Source: Limulus polyphemus (lineage: Eukaryota). From it: a stretch of DNA of 12,568 bases. Below, piece by piece: positions 10,403-12,568 of the stretch (positions are counted from its first letter, which is position 1; every line of letters begins with the position of its first letter). The notes beneath the pieces were generated by a model that had not been told where the DNA came from, did not search any database, and worked only from the letters and a program-made list of their open reading frames with translations. The position numbers and the translations under genes are program-made. The stretch spans positions 91,318 to 103,885 of the forward strand of contig NW_013668828.1 of NCBI RefSeq assembly GCF_000517525.1. Reading direction: 5' to 3'.

Positions 10403-10537
10403 CTTTAAAATGAATTCAGGGTCAAAAGAAGCCACAGCTGCAGTCTGAGACATAAGAACTTTTCTAGTTGTATCTGTAGATGTTCTAAAGTTTGGATTGT
10501 GGATAAGAGAGGTGCTCACAGTAGTTAGAAGTTTTAC
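10403..10537 (-). CDS. Candidate coding exon (135 nt, 45 codons, phase 0 in / 0 out) of a multi-exon minus-strand gene. Peptide VKLLTTVSTSLIHNPNFRTSTDTTRKVLMSQTAAVASFDPEFILK. Product unidentified.
   Basis: Minus-strand acceptor ttctttgcacag|GTA at 10539-10538. Minus-strand donor AAG|GTAAGA (plus cttacc 10397-10402). Frame is open across the exon. An in-frame ATG lies at 10453..10451 (MSQTAAVASFDPEFILK), but its Kozak context is weak (C at -3, T at +4) and the frame stays open upstream to a TAG at ~10556, so internal exon versus first coding exon is unresolved. Confidence 0.5.
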
Positions 10538-11639
10538 CTGTGCAAAGAAATTCTCCTATATTTGTTACCGCCTTTGACATTTTATTTTCATCGGTTTTCA
10601 CTATTATTACTTAGTTTAACAAGTTATCATTATTCTGCATGCATAATAATGTAATAATTTGAAGAAAAAATCTAACACACAGTTACCTGATCTCCATAAC
10701 AACTAGAAATTCAAGGGCCTAGAATGTAGACTTGGCAGATGTAGTGATTTGTGGTGGTGGAATAAGAGATACAAGGTTAGGTGTGAAATTGAAGCAAAAA
10801 TTTAAAAAAAACTTTATGTGTTTACGAAAACAGAAGAATGGCTATTAACGTTGAGTTGAAAAGTAAAATAAACTGTACTGAAAGATGAAGAAAGATAAAT
10901 CATGTGATCCACAAAAGTTATGGATAAAAAGTTTAAACATGGATGAAATTTGAACAGTAAGTCTTGACACCTTCAAGACAGAATTAACTCTGCACATGAA
11001 ACAATACATAACTTCCATGGTTGGACCCACTAAAAAAAAAGCAACACCTCAAAATGAATTTAGCACATGACCTCAACTGGATTTAGTATGTTCCAAATCA
11101 GAGTTTAAGAGAAATTAAAACATTTTACAGAGATGAAATACACCGATCATAGGAGAGTTAGGTATGTAGTATTTGCATCAAATAACAAAAACAATTCAAT
11201 ATTAAAATTGCCTAAGGGTTTAGATTGTAAGCCTCTTATTTATATTTTAAAGCATAGTCTCTTGCTATAAATTTAAAGGAGAAATCAAAACCATAAAAAT
11301 AATTTTCTGCTTAGTGACTATGATTAGCCATTTTAAAAAAGATTTCTAGTCAAGTGTAGTTCAGATTACTTTGCAATTCTGTGATACTAAAAAACAATGT
11401 TATTATACAACACAATTACTTTTAAAAACTTAATGCAATGTCGTGTAAAGAAGGGAACAGTGGTGAAAAGTCAAGAAAGAAAATATTGTATTTTATATTA
11501 ACCTTTACATTTAGTTAAAAAACAATAACACATGAAATGTCATTTGAAAAACATTCAAGTTTGACACAAACAAACAAATCCAAGAGACAAATTATACTAT
11601 CTAAAGGAAGTACATATTATCAATATTATATTTTATGTG

Positions 11640-11790
11640 ACATACCACATTAGAGTTATATTTACAGTAATATGAGGTATCGTCACTACAGTTATATGGG
11701 GCATTATTATCATTATTACAGTTACACGTGGTGTCATCATTATATTTAAACATAGTATGATCATTATAATTATATGTAGTTTCATTAGTA
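11640..11790. repeat. Degenerate minisatellite of about 5 units (~27-30 bp), ACAGT(T/A)ATATG(G/A)GGNATNNTCATTAT-like, immediately 5' of the plus-strand SINE copy.
   Basis: Repeated blocks acagtaatatgaggtatcgtcact / acagttatatggggcattattatcattatt / acagttacacgtggtgtcatcattat / catagtatgatcattataattat / atgtagtttcattagt. Confidence 0.45.
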
Positions 11791-11817
11791 CAATAGTTTC
11801 TTATGCCAAGTATCTAG

Positions 11818-11965
11818 GCCAAGAATGGCCTAGTAGTTAGTATGCCAGACTGTGAATCTGAGGGTTCATGGTTTGCATGCTTGGGCTGTGTTTGTGTTAT
11901 AAGAATGACAGTCAAATTACACTATTTAATTAAAGTAGCCTAAAAGAGTTGGTGGTTTTTTGTTA
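11818..11965 (+). mobile_element. Partial plus-orientation copy of the same tRNA-derived SINE (head plus start of body).
   Basis: atggcctagtagttagtatgccagactgtgaatctgagggttcatggtttgcatgc aligns with the head of copy 1233-1505 (atggcatgatgattaggatacttgacttgcaatctatgagtcatggtttcgaatctc). Downstream gtagcctaaaagagttggtgg matches the body motif gtagcccaagagttgtcggtgggtgg. Confidence 0.5.
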
Positions 11966-12189
11966 CTGACTATAGCTGTTTTTACTCTATAGTTCCATTA
12001 ATGGATATCTTAGCATATAGTATGCCCACAATTTTCCTTTCAATGCTGTAAACTAAATTTGTGTAAGTTCTTGGGACATTCATGTTTTGATCCCACATGT
12101 TGATTAACTATAATTTATTGCTGTGATCCTAACATTTTTGTCAATGTTTCAATGTAAACATATTCACAATAGAAAGAAAAGAGTAGCTG

Positions 12190-12568
12190 CAAGCTACAAT
12201 ATAAATTGACGGGTAATGACAGGAGACTTAGAAGATTATAGAAGATCAAGAAAGTTGATGAAACAGGAAATTACAACATCAAAAAGGATGTATGAGAAAA
12301 AGTTGGCTGAAAATGTAAAAATTAACAGTAAGGATTTCTTTAAATACATTAAGGGGAAACAAAATGTTAGGATAGAGATAGGGCCCTTGAGGGATGATAA
12401 AGGAAGGCTAGAATCTGATGATTGTGAGATGGCTGGGTTATTAAATTTTACTTTTTCTTCGGCTTTTACTAATAAAGATTTAATCAATATTCCATATCTT
12501 GATCAGTTGATAAATGGAAAAACAAGATGACTGCATTAATTCTGAGCTGGTTAAGAAAAAATTGGGAA
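12190..12568 (+). mobile_element. Degenerate fragment of a non-LTR retrotransposon (CR1/jockey-type LINE) ORF2, from the linker between the endonuclease and reverse-transcriptase domains. It has a frameshift and runs off the window end.
   Basis: ORF 12216..12530 encodes ...SKDFFKYIKGKQNVRIEIGPLRDDKGRLESDDCEMAGLLNFTFSSAFTNKDLINIP, matching the conserved LINE pol motif pattern (K.FW.Y...K......I.PL.DE.G.......EKAE.LN..FSSVFT.ED). After the TGA at 12528 the +1 frame continues EKQDDCINSELVKKKLG, resembling the usual following I.EEEV.KKL motif, which implies a frameshift. A TGA sits 9 nt upstream of the ATG. Confidence 0.55.

Noticed and set aside
10950-10970. Perfect plus-strand donor-like site ACA|GTAAGT (10957-10968)
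   Set aside because: All three upstream plus-strand frames hit stop codons within 25 codons. It reads as a chance consensus on the strand opposite the supported gene.
10845-11030. Provided - strand ORF (61 aa) preceded by a poly-T/AG acceptor-like site
   Set aside because: Its 'M' is a GTG codon. The peptide (…FFIFQYSLFYFSTQR) is typical of random AT-rich sequence. No phase-compatible donor connects it to exon 10537..10403.
12236-12487. Provided - strand ORF (83 aa)
   Set aside because: Antisense to the LINE ORF2 fragment, whose sense strand carries the recognisable pol motif. Spurious.
1-12568. Prokaryotic-style features (operons, RBS, CRISPR array, defence system)
   Set aside because: No ORF exceeds ~100 aa. 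The sequence has introns, SINEs, a LINE and MITEs typical of a metazoan genome. No regular repeat-spacer array is present. The short tandem repeats at 3046-3091, 8000-8175 and 11640-11790 are degenerate, with no unique spacers of constant length between identical repeats.

Overview
The window is AT-rich eukaryotic (metazoan-like) nuclear DNA, not a prokaryotic locus. None of the supplied six-frame ORFs is longer than 104 aa, several of their 'M' starts are actually TTG/GTG codons, and there are no operon-like CDSs and no CRISPR array. What the sequence supports is (1) a multi-exon protein-coding gene on the minus strand whose short exons (about 100-160 nt) sit in kb-scale AT-rich introns, with consensus GT/AG boundaries and mutually consistent codon phases across four exons, plus a fifth candidate exon whose phase does not fit; and (2) introns packed with interspersed repeats. 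The repeats are four copies of one tRNA-derived SINE family (three clustered in 880-2381 in the same orientation as the gene), a ~1.1 kb foldback-like element with ~200 bp terminal inverted repeats and an internal ~62 bp tandem array, a 458 bp MITE with ~45 bp imperfect TIRs beginning CCCTCACACTG, and a frameshifted fragment of a CR1/jockey-type non-LTR retrotransposon ORF2 at the 3' end of the window. I see no defence island, toxin system or other novel machinery. The interesting content is the gene model and the transposable-element architecture. I could not assign the encoded protein to a family by eye.
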